IMG/VR virus record: IMGVR_UViG_3300030419_004857
Span: 97,266-161,265 of that record
From: a virus
Reading direction: 5' to 3' (one strand)
Length of the DNA stretch: 64,000 nucleotides
In this document: piece by piece, positions 48,625 to 58,429 of the stretch
Numbering within the stretch: the first letter of the stretch is position 1
How the letters are laid out: every line of letters begins with the position of its first letter
Made by a program: the position numbers and the translations under genes
The notes under the pieces: model-generated
The model's database searches: none
The model's input: the letters and a program-made list of their open reading frames with translations, nothing else
What the model was told of the DNA's origin: nothing

Positions 48625-49245
48625 CTAGTCTCTCCTAGCTGTGAATACGAAAACATCCATGTAGTTTTCGTCGATTCCCTCAACATCTCTAGATATAGAA
48701 TTGCCGTCGTGCCATACTTCTCTATCATTAAATACAACAACTTCTCCCGGCTTCATTAACATACTCCAGACGGGATGCTCATCTTTATCGTCAAATACTA
48801 ACAGTTCGCCCCCGCACACATTGTGTCTGGCTATAGAAAATATACCAACAGCATCATACCCATCTTGATGTGGACCTTCTGGGGATAATTCAGCCATCAC
48901 AGAACTATGAGGAACCGTAACTCTCATTTGATGAACTTCCACGTTCTCCACGTCGAGATCGCCAGCCTGTCTAAATAGACCTAACATTTTTTTGAAGCAT
49001 TTGGTATTAACTACAGATTCTTGAATCGGCTCGAACTCTCTAGCTATATCCCCCTGATACTTATTATAGTCAGAGGATTGAGTAAATATACTTCCATCTA
49101 CAGGTGAGCCTAGAAAATCTATAACAGAATATCGTCTAAGTCTAAATTCACTATCTTTATGTCCCGTGTGTGGAAGATCATTAAATGATGACCTAACTTC
49201 ATCAACTAATTCGTCAGGTAGTCTATCTAAGATAAGTTTATGCAT
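48625..49245 (-). CDS. 2OG-Fe(II) dioxygenase (BsmA/Ido-like family)
   Basis: RLRRYS, YN, HQMR, PEGPHQDG, VWH. Confidence 0.8.
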   Translation of the reverse strand: MHKLILDRLPDELVDEVRSSFNDLPHTGHKDSEFRLRRYSVIDFLGSPVDGSIFTQSSDYNKYQGDIAREFEPIQESVVNTKCFKKMLGLFRQAGDLDVENVEVHQMRVTVPHSSVMAELSPEGPHQDGYDAVGIFSIARHNVCGGELLVFDDKDEHPVWSMLMKPGEVVVFNDREVWHDGNSISRDVEGIDENYMDVFVFTARRD

Positions 49246-49249
49246 TTTT

Positions 49250-49456
49250 CTACTCCATTATACTGTCGTGATAGTAACACACCAGTTCCCACCCTCTAAG
49301 ATTTTTTAACTCTTTTTGAAATTTAGATATTCCTACTATAAACCTATGACTTACCCACTCTTTTCTTAGTTCGATTGGTAATGTAAGAAAAGAATTTATG
49401 CCTTTGGTTTTTCTCTGGAAAAGAGCATATACTACAACTATATCTTCTCTAGCCAT
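49250..49456 (-). CDS. hypothetical protein
   Basis: 68 aa ORF in operon. Confidence 0.45.
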   Translation of the reverse strand: MAREDIVVVYALFQRKTKGINSFLTLPIELRKEWVSHRFIVGISKFQKELKNLRGWELVCYYHDSIME

Positions 49457-49736
49457 CTACCCCGTCGCTTGAAGGAATATCTATACCTAATTCTTCTATA
49501 CAATACTTATTAAGTGCTTCTCTTGCTTCTTTTTCTGTGTTGTATGGTCCGTAAGAATCCAACCAAATCTCATCCCAGAAATACCAACCTGCTTCTCTAT
49601 TTTCCGGTCTAGCATATTCAACATGGTCGTGAGGTATAAACTCTTTTAAGTTTAACTTTTCTCTAAACTCTTTCTTTTCCTCGTCACTTAATCTAATGTA
49701 TCTATACCAGCACTCTTTAGTTGCCTGACTGTTCAT
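49449..49736 (-). CDS. hypothetical protein, related to 53585..53782
   Basis: GWYF...GPYxTxxEA. Confidence 0.55.
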   Translation of the reverse strand: MNSQATKECWYRYIRLSDEEKKEFREKLNLKEFIPHDHVEYARPENREAGWYFWDEIWLDSYGPYNTEKEAREALNKYCIEELGIDIPSSDGVDG

Positions 49737-50013
49737 GGGTCATCTCATTTATGTCTAATTGTTTTTCTAAAGATTTATACATAAGGTTGCATGATATTTT
49801 AGCAATAGCCACACACTCCTCTCTCCTCTCTAGATCATCCTCCCCCATATAATCGGCTACAGCTTCAATAAACGAATACAGTACAATAGCTAACGACGGA
49901 TTATCTTTTTCTAAAGCAGAGGCAAATTCCTCTAGACCAAACATTTCATGCTTAGCATAAACCTCGTCTATTATACTCTCTACAGTTATACCTTTAACGT
50001 ATGGTAATTTCAC
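49717..50013 (-). CDS. hypothetical protein, related to 61960..62265
   Basis: PxV...NPxL...YxxLxxQ...EM pattern. Confidence 0.55.
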   Translation of the reverse strand: MKLPYVKGITVESIIDEVYAKHEMFGLEEFASALEKDNPSLAIVLYSFIEAVADYMGEDDLERREECVAIAKISCNLMYKSLEKQLDINEMTHEQSGN

Positions 50014-50975
50014 CCTCTTTCTCCGTTAAGGAACTTCTGTACCAGTTCTCTGCATTCGTCGCTCCTGACCAGTGGAATAAAAGCCTTACGCTCCATTTCC
50101 AGTGACTCATGCCTATGCATCGTTCTAGTTTTCTTTAGCACCTCTAAGGCTTTATAAGGAGAGGGGTACTTATTAGGGTCGCCAAACATCTTCTTCTGCT
50201 TCTTTTTGATGCTATACTTAACAAGTGGATAAGTTATACTGGCTCGGAACCTACCCATGCTGGTGGGGTTGATTTTATCATTCCTAATTTGCCAGAGAAG
50301 AATATTATTATTACTGAGATCGTTAATAACTTTACGGGCAGTATTCATAGCTTCGCTGTACTCTACTATACTATCAACCAGACCAATTTTCAATGCCTCT
50401 TTTTGTTTTACATTCCTTCCCGTACAAATAAGTTCAATAGCCTTGGTGGGATCAATGATTCGAGGCAGTCTGGTAGTCCCTCCCCATGAAGGCAAAATGC
50501 CTAGCTTAACTTCTGGCAACGCCAGCTTGGTAAGTTGTAGGGTAGTGTACTCTGGATTTTCTGGAACAGGGTCTTTAACCAAAATCCTAGTGGTACAAGC
50601 TAGAGCTAATTCTAGCCCTCCACCCATCGTTGTTCCCTTGATTATCGAGCAGGTAGGTATAGGTAAGTCTTCAATTCGGTTGAGTACATCTTGTCCCTCA
50701 GTTAAGAACCCATTTATTGTTTCATCATCTGCATCGTGTGCTGTAACAAATATTTTAATGTTAGCACCAACTATAAATGTTGACTTGTTGCTGCTAAATA
50801 TAACACCTTTGTAATCCCCTTTTTCCGCTACACCAACAAGAACCTCTAATTCCTGAAGGGTTTGCGTGTCAAGAAAATTATATGGTCTTTTCATATGGTC
50901 AAAGACGATATGCATAATATCATTGTGTCTATACGCTTTAAAATTTTCTAATGTTTCGCCTTTAAGTAACATCAT
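50010..50975 (-). CDS. enoyl-CoA hydratase/isomerase (N-terminal half of a FadB/FadJ-type protein)
   Basis: FIVGANI, GGGLELALAC, LPEVKLGILPSWGGTTRLPR, YPSP...FLN. Confidence 0.9.
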   Translation of the reverse strand: MMLLKGETLENFKAYRHNDIMHIVFDHMKRPYNFLDTQTLQELEVLVGVAEKGDYKGVIFSSNKSTFIVGANIKIFVTAHDADDETINGFLTEGQDVLNRIEDLPIPTCSIIKGTTMGGGLELALACTTRILVKDPVPENPEYTTLQLTKLALPEVKLGILPSWGGTTRLPRIIDPTKAIELICTGRNVKQKEALKIGLVDSIVEYSEAMNTARKVINDLSNNNILLWQIRNDKINPTSMGRFRASITYPLVKYSIKKKQKKMFGDPNKYPSPYKALEVLKKTRTMHRHESLEMERKAFIPLVRSDECRELVQKFLNGERG

Positions 50976-51213
50976 CTTTATGTCCCCATTTATTCACTAT
51001 GCGTTTTGCCATAGCTTTTGTATCGTACCACTCTAGCATATTGTTGAGTCTATATGATACGTCGGCCATCTCATCTTGAATTTTATTGTGGCGATCCTGC
51101 CAAGGCTTATTAGATTGTTTGATTAGTTCTCCAGCTAATTCTATTAGTTCTTCGGCTAACTTTTTAGCATCATGTTTCCAATCTTCATTATTATGCATTA
51201 TGCCTAAAGCCAA
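50962..51213 (-). CDS. MazG-like helical protein
   Basis: EELIEL...DEMADV. Confidence 0.55.
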   Translation of the reverse strand: MALGIMHNNEDWKHDAKKLAEELIELAGELIKQSNKPWQDRHNKIQDEMADVSYRLNNMLEWYDTKAMAKRIVNKWGHKDDVT

Positions 51214-51406
51214 TCTTTACAGTGTTGTTTTTAACATCAGTGGTAATGATCTCCTCTGGACGCACCCATTCGTTAGTCCTAGATTTACCATTCCACCAAC
51301 AACATTTATACTGAATCAAATCCTCAGATAAAATACTAACAGCAGTTACTCTGGCTTTGATATCATCACAAAGAATAACCTCTGTTCCCGGTTTATAAAC
51401 TTCCAT
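51191..51406 (-). CDS. small SH3-like protein (DUF2158-like)
   Basis: YKPGTEV...YKCCWWNG. Confidence 0.5.
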   Translation of the reverse strand: MEVYKPGTEVILCDDIKARVTAVSILSEDLIQYKCCWWNGKSRTNEWVRPEEIITTDVKNNTVKIGFRHNA

Positions 51407-51507
51407 CTTTATCTCCCCCTTAATCTATTTCTTCGAGCCAACCAAAATAGTCAGCCAGAAATGCAAACGTCCAAAGTCCAGCAAGACCACCTATAATTAA
51501 TACCCAG

Positions 51508-51735
51508 TCATTCATAGCTATCTTCCATTTGCATTTCTATCCAGTCTTGTTGAAATACCATCTCGTCTGCTTCATACTCTCGCATCAACTGATCCATAGC
51601 GAGTTCTTCTAATCCTGTGTTATCAAGAGACATAACGATCTTCCTGCACAGTTCACGCACATTTTCTTCAGTATAATCAGCCATTGTTAATATCCTCTGC
51701 AATTTCACGGTCAACTTGAAAACTACCATCAACAT
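51508..51735 (-). CDS. hypothetical protein, paralog of 53224..53526
   Basis: MADYTEEN...FQQDW vs MAEYTSEK...FHEDW. Confidence 0.55.
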   Translation of the reverse strand: MLMVVFKLTVKLQRILTMADYTEENVRELCRKIVMSLDNTGLEELAMDQLMREYEADEMVFQQDWIEMQMEDSYE

Positions 51736-51880
51736 AACTACTTTTGCTAGGCAAAGGAAAGTCGTTATCCTCTACTTTTTCAATTGCCTCGTCGAGATTT
51801 CTAGCAGCAACCTCAACAGTTCCATAAACCTCCCAACTACAGGGAATCTCATACCAATGCAAGTTATGCAAGTTACTCAT
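51677..51880 (-). CDS. hypothetical protein
   Basis: VEVAARNLDEAIEKV, RBS AGGAG. Confidence 0.55.
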   Translation of the reverse strand: MSNLHNLHWYEIPCSWEVYGTVEVAARNLDEAIEKVEDNDFPLPSKSSYVDGSFQVDREIAEDINNG

Positions 51881-51895
51881 TTTTAACTCCTTTCA

Positions 51896-52180
51896 TCACC
51901 AAGGAAGGTTATCATCAGAACCTAACATTTCATTACAGTCTTCGTCTGGGAATCCTACCTGTGGACATTCAACATGGGCATACTTTTCTTCAATATGCTT
52001 AACAAAAGCTAGAGCATCTTTAAGAGCTACAACGGCCCTCCTTGTAGGTGTAGTAGCCTTTTCGTATGCTTCTACTGTGGTGCTTTCACCGGGTGCAATT
52101 TCTTGCAGAGCATCACAGATTAGTTTGTCAATAGACCCTAGCATAACCTTTGTTCCGTAAGCACAATCACTCATCTTCAA
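51896..52180 (-). CDS. hypothetical protein
   Basis: 94 aa ORF. Confidence 0.5.
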   Translation of the reverse strand: MKMSDCAYGTKVMLGSIDKLICDALQEIAPGESTTVEAYEKATTPTRRAVVALKDALAFVKHIEEKYAHVECPQVGFPDEDCNEMLGSDDNLPW

Positions 52181-52457
52181 AATCCTTTAGAACATAGGAC
52201 TTGGCAATATCTTCAATTCTTCTAATTGCTTCCCACAAATCACTCTTATCTGGTTCATGGTCAGGGGGAAGACTGTCTAGTTTATTGATAATGCTAACAA
52301 TGTCGGCCATCTTAAATTTCGCAACCATATTTAAACCTTCTGAACTAGGTTCTGGTGGCGGTGCTAATACACAGTCAACTAAAGTATGTCCCGTACTTCC
52401 ACACCATGCACACATTGGAGCGTCACTCATTTTCAATCTCCTGTAGTTACATCCCAA
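52167..52457 (-). CDS. hypothetical protein with CCHC zinc knuckle
   Basis: CAWCGSTGHTLVDC. Confidence 0.55.
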   Translation of the reverse strand: MGCNYRRLKMSDAPMCAWCGSTGHTLVDCVLAPPPEPSSEGLNMVAKFKMADIVSIINKLDSLPPDHEPDKSDLWEAIRRIEDIAKSYVLKDFEDE

Positions 52458-52595
52458 TCATCAATAAGTTTAGTTTCAGATTCATCTTCCTTCAAAAAAA
52501 ATGCACATTCATGGCATCTGTAAACTACATTATCGTCGTCATAACATTTATAAACAACTCCTGTGATTTTGTTACAGTCTTCACAAACAGGCAAA

Positions 52596-53366
52596 TTACT
52601 CATCTTCAACCTCCTTGAAGTCTAACGCTTCAGCCGTGATGGGAAATTCAATATTAAATATACTCTTTATTTCTTCTGCAATGTCTCTATGTTCTTTCTG
52701 TGTTGAGGGATCTGTTCTTAACTTTATATAATGTATCCAGCTACGCACAGTTCCATTCATATACATCCTTGTCTTGGTGCTTAGTGGTAATAGGAATCTA
52801 GCACATTCCTTGGCTATTCCTTTTTCCAGTGCCTTCTTATACAGACGCTCACTGTCATCCTGTACAGAAAGCATAGCAAGTCTATACCAATCTTTATCAT
52901 CATCACTAAGATCGTCTAAAGAATTCTGCCTATTTTTCTTGTCCTGTCTTCTTGGAGGATTATACTCAAACCCTAATGCCTCTGCGTACCTCTGACTAAA
53001 TTCTTGAAAGGAAAAGCTACGATGTCTAAGTATCTGAGCAGCTATACCTCTAGTGGTTTCAATTTCCACTACCATGTTAGCCATCTCAAATATAGACCAG
53101 TGGCCGTACTTAATACAATAAGACAGAAGTTTAGATACATCTGGGTTATCTTGATTTGCAGGATTACTGACTCTGGCACAATAGCCAATAATATTCTCTG
53201 CATTGGGAGTTACTGATATTAGTTTAACTCTCAAAATCTTCTCCTTCGTATCCACCTTCATGCCTAAACAATCTAAGATCAGGATGGCTAATATCTTCTT
53301 CATCAAGACCAAAGTAGGTATGCCAGTCTTCATGAAACCCTTCTTCGTTGACTTCATATCCTTCAC
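52596..53366 (-). CDS. thyX: flavin-dependent thymidylate synthase (true start downstream, about 53260-53225)
   Basis: [43 protein letters not shown]. Confidence 0.93.
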   Translation of the reverse strand: MKDMKSTKKGFMKTGIPTLVLMKKILAILILDCLGMKVDTKEKILRVKLISVTPNAENIIGYCARVSNPANQDNPDVSKLLSYCIKYGHWSIFEMANMVVEIETTRGIAAQILRHRSFSFQEFSQRYAEALGFEYNPPRRQDKKNRQNSLDDLSDDDKDWYRLAMLSVQDDSERLYKKALEKGIAKECARFLLPLSTKTRMYMNGTVRSWIHYIKLRTDPSTQKEHRDIAEEIKSIFNIEFPITAEALDFKEVEDE

Positions 53367-53526
53367 GGATATAATGATAAGCTAAATCAAGCAATTGCTC
53401 CTGATCCATAGACTCAACAACATAATTAGCTAGCTCGGTCATTTTCTCACTGGTGTATTCCGCCATTATGCTCTCCTTAGTTACTAATGTTAAAGAAAAC
53501 CCCGCCAGACTAAAGAAGAAACACAA
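53224..53526 (-). CDS. hypothetical acidic protein (start probably 53466)
   Basis: RBS AAGGAG; paralog of 51508..51735. Confidence 0.55.
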   Translation of the reverse strand: MCFFFSLAGFSLTLVTKESIMAEYTSEKMTELANYVVESMDQEQLLDLAYHYIREGYEVNEEGFHEDWHTYFGLDEEDISHPDLRLFRHEGGYEGEDFES

Positions 53527-53584
53527 ATGGGTACGTTAGCCTAGACGATATTTCGCGCCTATAAAGTTAACTTACATACTTGAA

Positions 53585-53782
53585 TTAATCTGACGGGGTT
53601 TGTTCTCTCTGTTCAGCTTCCTCTTTACTATCGTATGGTCCCCACAATTGACCACCATAAAAATAGTACCAACCTTTGCCATTATATCCAGCAGTACCAC
53701 ATTCAGGATAGCTATTCCCAGTAAACGCTGGGTCCATACGATAATAATCTACGCTCATAGTACCACCGGGATCTCCAGACAC
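53585..53782 (-). CDS. hypothetical protein
   Basis: GWYYF...GPYDSKEEA. Confidence 0.5.
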   Translation of the reverse strand: MSGDPGGTMSVDYYRMDPAFTGNSYPECGTAGYNGKGWYYFYGGQLWGPYDSKEEAEQREQTPSD

Positions 53783-53976
53783 TTACCAACCTTATAAGCA
53801 TAAGTATCGGCAGTCATCTTATTGAATGTTTCATAACGAAGGGGAAAATGTTTGTATGCACCCAAACGTCCTTCGTCTGGATTCTTAGCAAACAACTTAA
53901 TATGGTAGTAGGGCTTATCGTGCTTGTAATGCTTCTCAACTTTAACGTAACTATCTTTGACTTTACTCATCTTCAA
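53755..53976 (-). CDS. hypothetical protein
   Basis: 73 aa ORF. Confidence 0.5.
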   Translation of the reverse strand: MKMSKVKDSYVKVEKHYKHDKPYYHIKLFAKNPDEGRLGAYKHFPLRYETFNKMTADTYAYKVGKCLEIPVVL

Positions 53977-54442
53977 TATCTCCTACAATGTTTTTAATAG
54001 CGTCCCAATCAATGGTTTCTACTTTTTCAACCTTCTTCTTAGCTACAGCTTTTTGCCTCCTCTTTCTCTTGAACTTAGGAGTAGCCAGTTTAACCTTATA
54101 TGGCCGTCTGATTATAGTATCCACAACAGGACTAGGATATTCATCTCCAGTAATACGAATAGTAGATTTCGACCCAAATAAACCTCCCGGCCAGCAATGG
54201 ATTACATCCATCTCTATTCCATCCTCACCATCGAATATACCTATTACCTTCCATTTTCCTCTCATTGTGTCCAAGCTGACTTTCACACCATCTTTATTAA
54301 CCCAGTAAGTTCCTTTACTTACCTTAATGATATCACCAACCACAATTTGAACTCTAGGGCTGAGTTGGTAATTCTCCAACACTTCTCTTGTTTCAATATA
54401 TCCCCAACCATGAGGATTATCTTTAGTCGGCGGAACTGGCAT
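53963..54442 (-). CDS. hypothetical protein
   Basis: 159 aa ORF. Confidence 0.55.
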   Translation of the reverse strand: MPVPPTKDNPHGWGYIETREVLENYQLSPRVQIVVGDIIKVSKGTYWVNKDGVKVSLDTMRGKWKVIGIFDGEDGIEMDVIHCWPGGLFGSKSTIRITGDEYPSPVVDTIIRRPYKVKLATPKFKRKRRQKAVAKKKVEKVETIDWDAIKNIVGDIEDE

Positions 54443-54980
54443 AACTACTGATTACCTTTTTAAGATTCTTAAGAGCATTAGAGATTGATTGCTGAACAGC
54501 CTGTCTTGTTACCCTATACTGGGTAGCAATCTCTTGATACGTCCTTCCGTAGATGTACCTTTCTCTCATATACCTACGTTGGATTTTATTAATGCACTTA
54601 TTGCTCAAAATGTCTTCTACAAGTTCAGCGGATAGCTCATGATCTCTTTCTTTTTTGTAACTTTCATCTGTTAAAATAACACCAGATTCTTCTCTATCAC
54701 TTTCGATTTGATTGATTGCAATATGTTTATGCTTGGATGCTTTCTTACGTTTCTTGTAGATATCAAGAACAGCATACTTACCATAGTTGATTCTATGTGT
54801 TAGTCTGGAAGCACCTTTATTGGGATCATATTTCCACTCGGCAAGCATAATATTATGTGCTACATCAGCAACAGCGTCATCATCCTTGAGCATATTAAAA
54901 TCGCCCCATTTAATGATAACATACCTAGCCTCTTTCAAATAATCTTTTAGTGTTCTCAACTGGTTCATAAGGTTATCCAT
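54423..54980 (-). CDS. second sigma-70 family factor
   Basis: KYDPNKGASRLT; GRTYQEIATQYRVTRQAVQQSISNALKNLK. Confidence 0.8.
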   Translation of the reverse strand: MDNLMNQLRTLKDYLKEARYVIIKWGDFNMLKDDDAVADVAHNIMLAEWKYDPNKGASRLTHRINYGKYAVLDIYKKRKKASKHKHIAINQIESDREESGVILTDESYKKERDHELSAELVEDILSNKCINKIQRRYMRERYIYGRTYQEIATQYRVTRQAVQQSISNALKNLKKVISSYASSAD

Positions 54981-55360
54981 TATCCGATCTAGGGACCATA
55001 TTAGGGTTAGTTCCTTCTGTCATCCAACGTATCAATTCTTCATTCAATAACTCCTCTGGTGCTATTTCTTTCTCCTCTTTTCTCTTGTTTTCTCCCTCGG
55101 TTTTTGTTTTTTCTTTCATTGTAGTGTCTCGCAGAATAGAGTTATACTTACTATAAGAGGGGTAAACCCTATTAAGAATACACTATATATACAGTATATC
55201 GTATAAAACAGTAATCGTTAGGTTTAGTGTAATTGTCAAAATTAACCACAGTGGGGTACAATAAGTGGGATACGCGCCCAAAAGGTATATAACTGGCGGT
55301 TTTTTTGTGTATTTACTGCCCAAAAGGTCTTATGTTGTGTTGTATTCTGTTCTCCCACCT

Positions 55361-55389
55361 ATTTTATCGGCATTTCTCGGGGTTGTCAA
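55361..55389 (-). promoter_or_regulatory. sigma70-type promoter heading the long leftward gene block
   Basis: TTGACA-N17-TAAAAT with overlapping CGATAA. Confidence 0.65.
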
Positions 55390-55433
55390 GAACTTTTCGG
55401 GCCTTTCTCAGAAGTTTTTCCAGATTTTCTGGA

Positions 55434-55603
55434 TTGACACGCCGCATACTGACGATATAAGTAACATAAGCGGGGCGTTCTGTCTCGCTATTCTCCACAA
55501 CATCCAATTTCAATCTTAGTATTGACAAAACGGCACATATCTTCTATATTTATTAGAAAGGAGAGGGGTAATGCCTTGACAGGAAACAAGCGTTGGTTAC
55601 ATT
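55434..55603 (+). promoter_or_regulatory. three tandem sigma70-like promoters
   Basis: TTGACA at 55434, 55522, 55576 with TATAAG, TATATT, TACATT at 16/17/16 bp. Confidence 0.6.
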
Positions 55604-55700
55604 ACTCTAATACATACCTTGAAACACAAAATCACTGACTTTCGCATGTGAGCGCAAAGAAGGTGGAAAGTTTACGTATTACACCATTAACTGGAGGTAC

Positions 55701-56063
55701 ATGATGTACGTTAAGATGATTATCGCCGCATTAATTATGATGTGTGGTTCTACTGTGTCAAATGCCGCTGAATGGGTTCTTATCGACCCGCCTACTTATG
55801 TGAGTAGAGACTGCAACAACTGTACGATTACGTTCAGCAAGGGTGGCTATACTATTACTACCATTGACGGTCTATGTGTATTAAAGAAAGGTACATATGG
55901 TATTATCAACGGGAGTGGCGCGCTCTTGCATAATATAGTTCCGCCCTATTGTCACTGTGGATGCAATCATTATAGTCACCAGCACAGTTACCTATTCCAA
56001 AGGCCACGCTGGTCACACTATTCTATTTTCCACTATAGACGATACCGGAGATGCGTCAGGTAA
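55701..56063 (+). CDS. secreted Cys/His-rich hypothetical protein (only credible plus-strand gene)
   Basis: RBS GGAGG, signal peptide, own promoters and terminator. Confidence 0.65.
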   Translation: MMYVKMIIAALIMMCGSTVSNAAEWVLIDPPTYVSRDCNNCTITFSKGGYTITTIDGLCVLKKGTYGIINGSGALLHNIVPPYCHCGCNHYSHQHSYLFQRPRWSHYSIFHYRRYRRCVR

Positions 56064-56082
56064 CTTCTAACTATTCTATTAA

Positions 56083-56123
56083 GAATCCTCGGTAGGGATA
56101 ACACCTTGCCGGGGATTTTTTTA
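56083..56123 (+). terminator. rho-independent terminator
   Basis: AATCCTCGGTAGGG...CCTTGCCGGGGATT then a T-run. Confidence 0.75.
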
Positions 56124-56311
56124 TACTGACTCACGCCGCGTACTTAAACACCTCCTATAGGAGAAACTGGATCATTTACCTAGTACATTACGATGCTATT
56201 AAATATTTTTCACTGGCCCAGCGCTTCCCGCGCACGAGCGGGCTAGCTCTCGTAGGACGAGGCTGGTACGCCCCGTTCTACCTTAACCTATAGGTTGTCA
56301 AGACCTATATT

Positions 56312-56344
56312 AAAAAAAACCCGCCCCGGCGAACCGGAGCGGGC
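56312..56344 (-). terminator. rho-independent terminator with CCGG-TTCG-CCGG cap
   Basis: GC stem plus T8; similar to 61332..61366. Confidence 0.8.
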
Positions 56345-56460
56345 TTCTTACTAATAGCAGTTGTTGGTTAGTCTTCAGATAATGCGTATCCTATAACGAA
56401 GCTACCAAGTCCTATTAGTGCGACCATACAAATTATCATCTCCATGATGTTGACCCCCCT

Positions 56461-57783
56461 CTAAGCGGCCAACACCGCCTTGCTGGAAAAGATTCGGGCA
56501 AAGTCATCGTCCTCGTATTCCGCAGCGCGGTTACAAACACGATCCCACTGGTTGTCGTTGTAGTTGACCAACTTGCCACCAAGCTGATCGAACTTCACCC
56601 AGTTGTCATTTCCAAGGAACTGACCAGCGCGGGTGACACTGTTGACAACCCCGAACAGGTTACGATTCTCGCCGGGAGTCTTCGACTCGAACATAACCCA
56701 TGCTTCGAGAACGGCAGTCGCTTCACGCTTCTGCAACTTCTCGATGTCGGAAACCGCAGCGATAACCGACTTCATCGTGTTGCCTTCGTTCTCCTTCAGG
56801 CGAACACCCAGCAGTCTCTCAATACCAGCGGGGAGCAGGGGAATCTGCACCTCGATGTTATTGCGAATCTTCTTGGAAAGCTGATCGAGGTCGATGTCAC
56901 CGATGTGGCGAACACGAATCTCACTACCCTTAGTTTGTCCCCAGATGCATCCGTTCATGCAGATGGCTCGGAACAGACTGGGCATCGACAACACGTTGCG
57001 TTTGCCGATCTCACAGTTTCCAATGCTCACCATCCCGCCGTAATCGGAATCCTCTTCCTCGCGGATGGTATCGGGAATCAGGACGTTGCCGTAAATAGTA
57101 TCGGCATTGCCACGCCAGTGGCTCAGACGGCCACTCGGGATAATATCCTCGATCTGCTCCAAGTACCAACGATTGTCAACCTCGGCGTATTTCTCACTGA
57201 GGAAAGCACGCATCGTGCCATCGTCGTAGGTGCGAACCTTGTACTTGGTATCAGGCTTGTCCTCACGGATTCGACGGAACCCGTTTTCGATAATAGCCTG
57301 AATCGTCTCAGCATCCTGATAGTCACGCTTGTAACGAGTCTCCTCTTTGGCGTTGACCTGATCCTCAGTCAGCCAGCGAGTAAAACCCGTGCCTTTGCCC
57401 TCGCACAACTTCGCTGTCATTTGTGAGAGCGCATGGTTGTTAGGAACAAAGTTCTGATCGTCAACAGAGACGACAAACCGGGGTTTGCCATCAACGTCCT
57501 CGATTCCGAATTCCAACTCCGAAACTGGAACAAGGTAGTCCTGACGATGGCCTTGCTCGGCCTCCAACAATTCCATCCCCTGATCGTAGCTGATCGTCTT
57601 GGGATACCAGTGCTTTGACACATGGCCGAACCCCTCATCAGAGGCAACGCCTTGCTGGTCATAAACCCACTGGCCTTCTTGGTTCGCTCCGTCATACGCT
57701 TCAATTCTTTCGTTCATCTTCGTCACTCCAAAAGTCTGGTTTCTGTACTTGTTCATAGTAACATAAGTAGCCAAGAAAGTCAA
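56461..57783 (-). CDS. DUF932/DUF945-like phage protein (start probably 57717)
   Basis: RAFLSEKY...DN, GNCEIG, RAICMNG, RH. Confidence 0.65.
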   Translation of the reverse strand: MTFLATYVTMNKYRNQTFGVTKMNERIEAYDGANQEGQWVYDQQGVASDEGFGHVSKHWYPKTISYDQGMELLEAEQGHRQDYLVPVSELEFGIEDVDGKPRFVVSVDDQNFVPNNHALSQMTAKLCEGKGTGFTRWLTEDQVNAKEETRYKRDYQDAETIQAIIENGFRRIREDKPDTKYKVRTYDDGTMRAFLSEKYAEVDNRWYLEQIEDIIPSGRLSHWRGNADTIYGNVLIPDTIREEEDSDYGGMVSIGNCEIGKRNVLSMPSLFRAICMNGCIWGQTKGSEIRVRHIGDIDLDQLSKKIRNNIEVQIPLLPAGIERLLGVRLKENEGNTMKSVIAAVSDIEKLQKREATAVLEAWVMFESKTPGENRNLFGVVNSVTRAGQFLGNDNWVKFDQLGGKLVNYNDNQWDRVCNRAAEYEDDDFARIFSSKAVLAA

Positions 57784-57837
57784 GAGAAAAGCAGGGCCAC
57801 CCCGTAGGGTGACCCCACTTTCTCCCGCGACGGATGA

Positions 57838-58209
57838 CTACTCCGAAGCGGTCTCGGCCTCGTCACTGTCGGCCATCAGGCTTGCGAGGTAATCGCCAGC
57901 CAAGGCAGCAGCCTCGTCGTAAGACGAACCGCTCCGACCCTGCCTCTTGAGCTTGGGCAGTTTGATGCCCCGCTCTGCGAGTGCGGGAGTCAGCGCGTTC
58001 TTCTTCTGACGCGCCTGTTCAACCGACCGACCCAACTCATCAGCAACGTCGGCAATTGTGCCGCCGTTCTGGTGAACCTTGACATACGCCTCAACGAATG
58101 CCGTTGCCGAAATCGCCTCTGCTCGTTGCTTCTTCTCACTCATGTTTTCATCTCCGTTCGCTTCCAAAGTCTTGCCGGTGAAACACTCACCAACTCTCAA
58201 TGTCTCCAT
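57838..58209 (-). CDS. small HTH-like protein (start probably 58143)
   Basis: TIADVADELGRS. Confidence 0.55.
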   Translation of the reverse strand: METLRVGECFTGKTLEANGDENMSEKKQRAEAISATAFVEAYVKVHQNGGTIADVADELGRSVEQARQKKNALTPALAERGIKLPKLKRQGRSGSSYDEAAALAGDYLASLMADSDEAETASE

Positions 58210-58360
58210 TATATGTTATCGTCACGATATGTCAAGAGTCTTTAGCCCCGTTTGGCAAAAAAACGAAATTTTTTTCACTGACTGGCACACAAGGCGACCC
58301 CGTGACATGATCGGCGTGGGTTAGCAGGGACGGCTTACATCGCCGCGTTTTACCCGAACT
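58208..58360 (-). repeat. early promoter/hairpin cassette, copy B
   Basis: TTGACA-N16(CGATAA)-TATAAT, CTGGCAC box, CGGCG hairpin, GTTTTACCCGAAC box. Confidence 0.75.
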
Positions 58361-58429
58361 ATCTCGAAAAGTACCGCATATATAGTTCGAATGCATAAAG
58401 ACCTACATAGGCCCACGCTGCTATAATTA

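Noticed and set aside
233-54451. Many plus-strand and nested alternative-frame ORFs in the track
   Set aside because: Shadows of well-supported minus-strand genes, with no recognisable motifs
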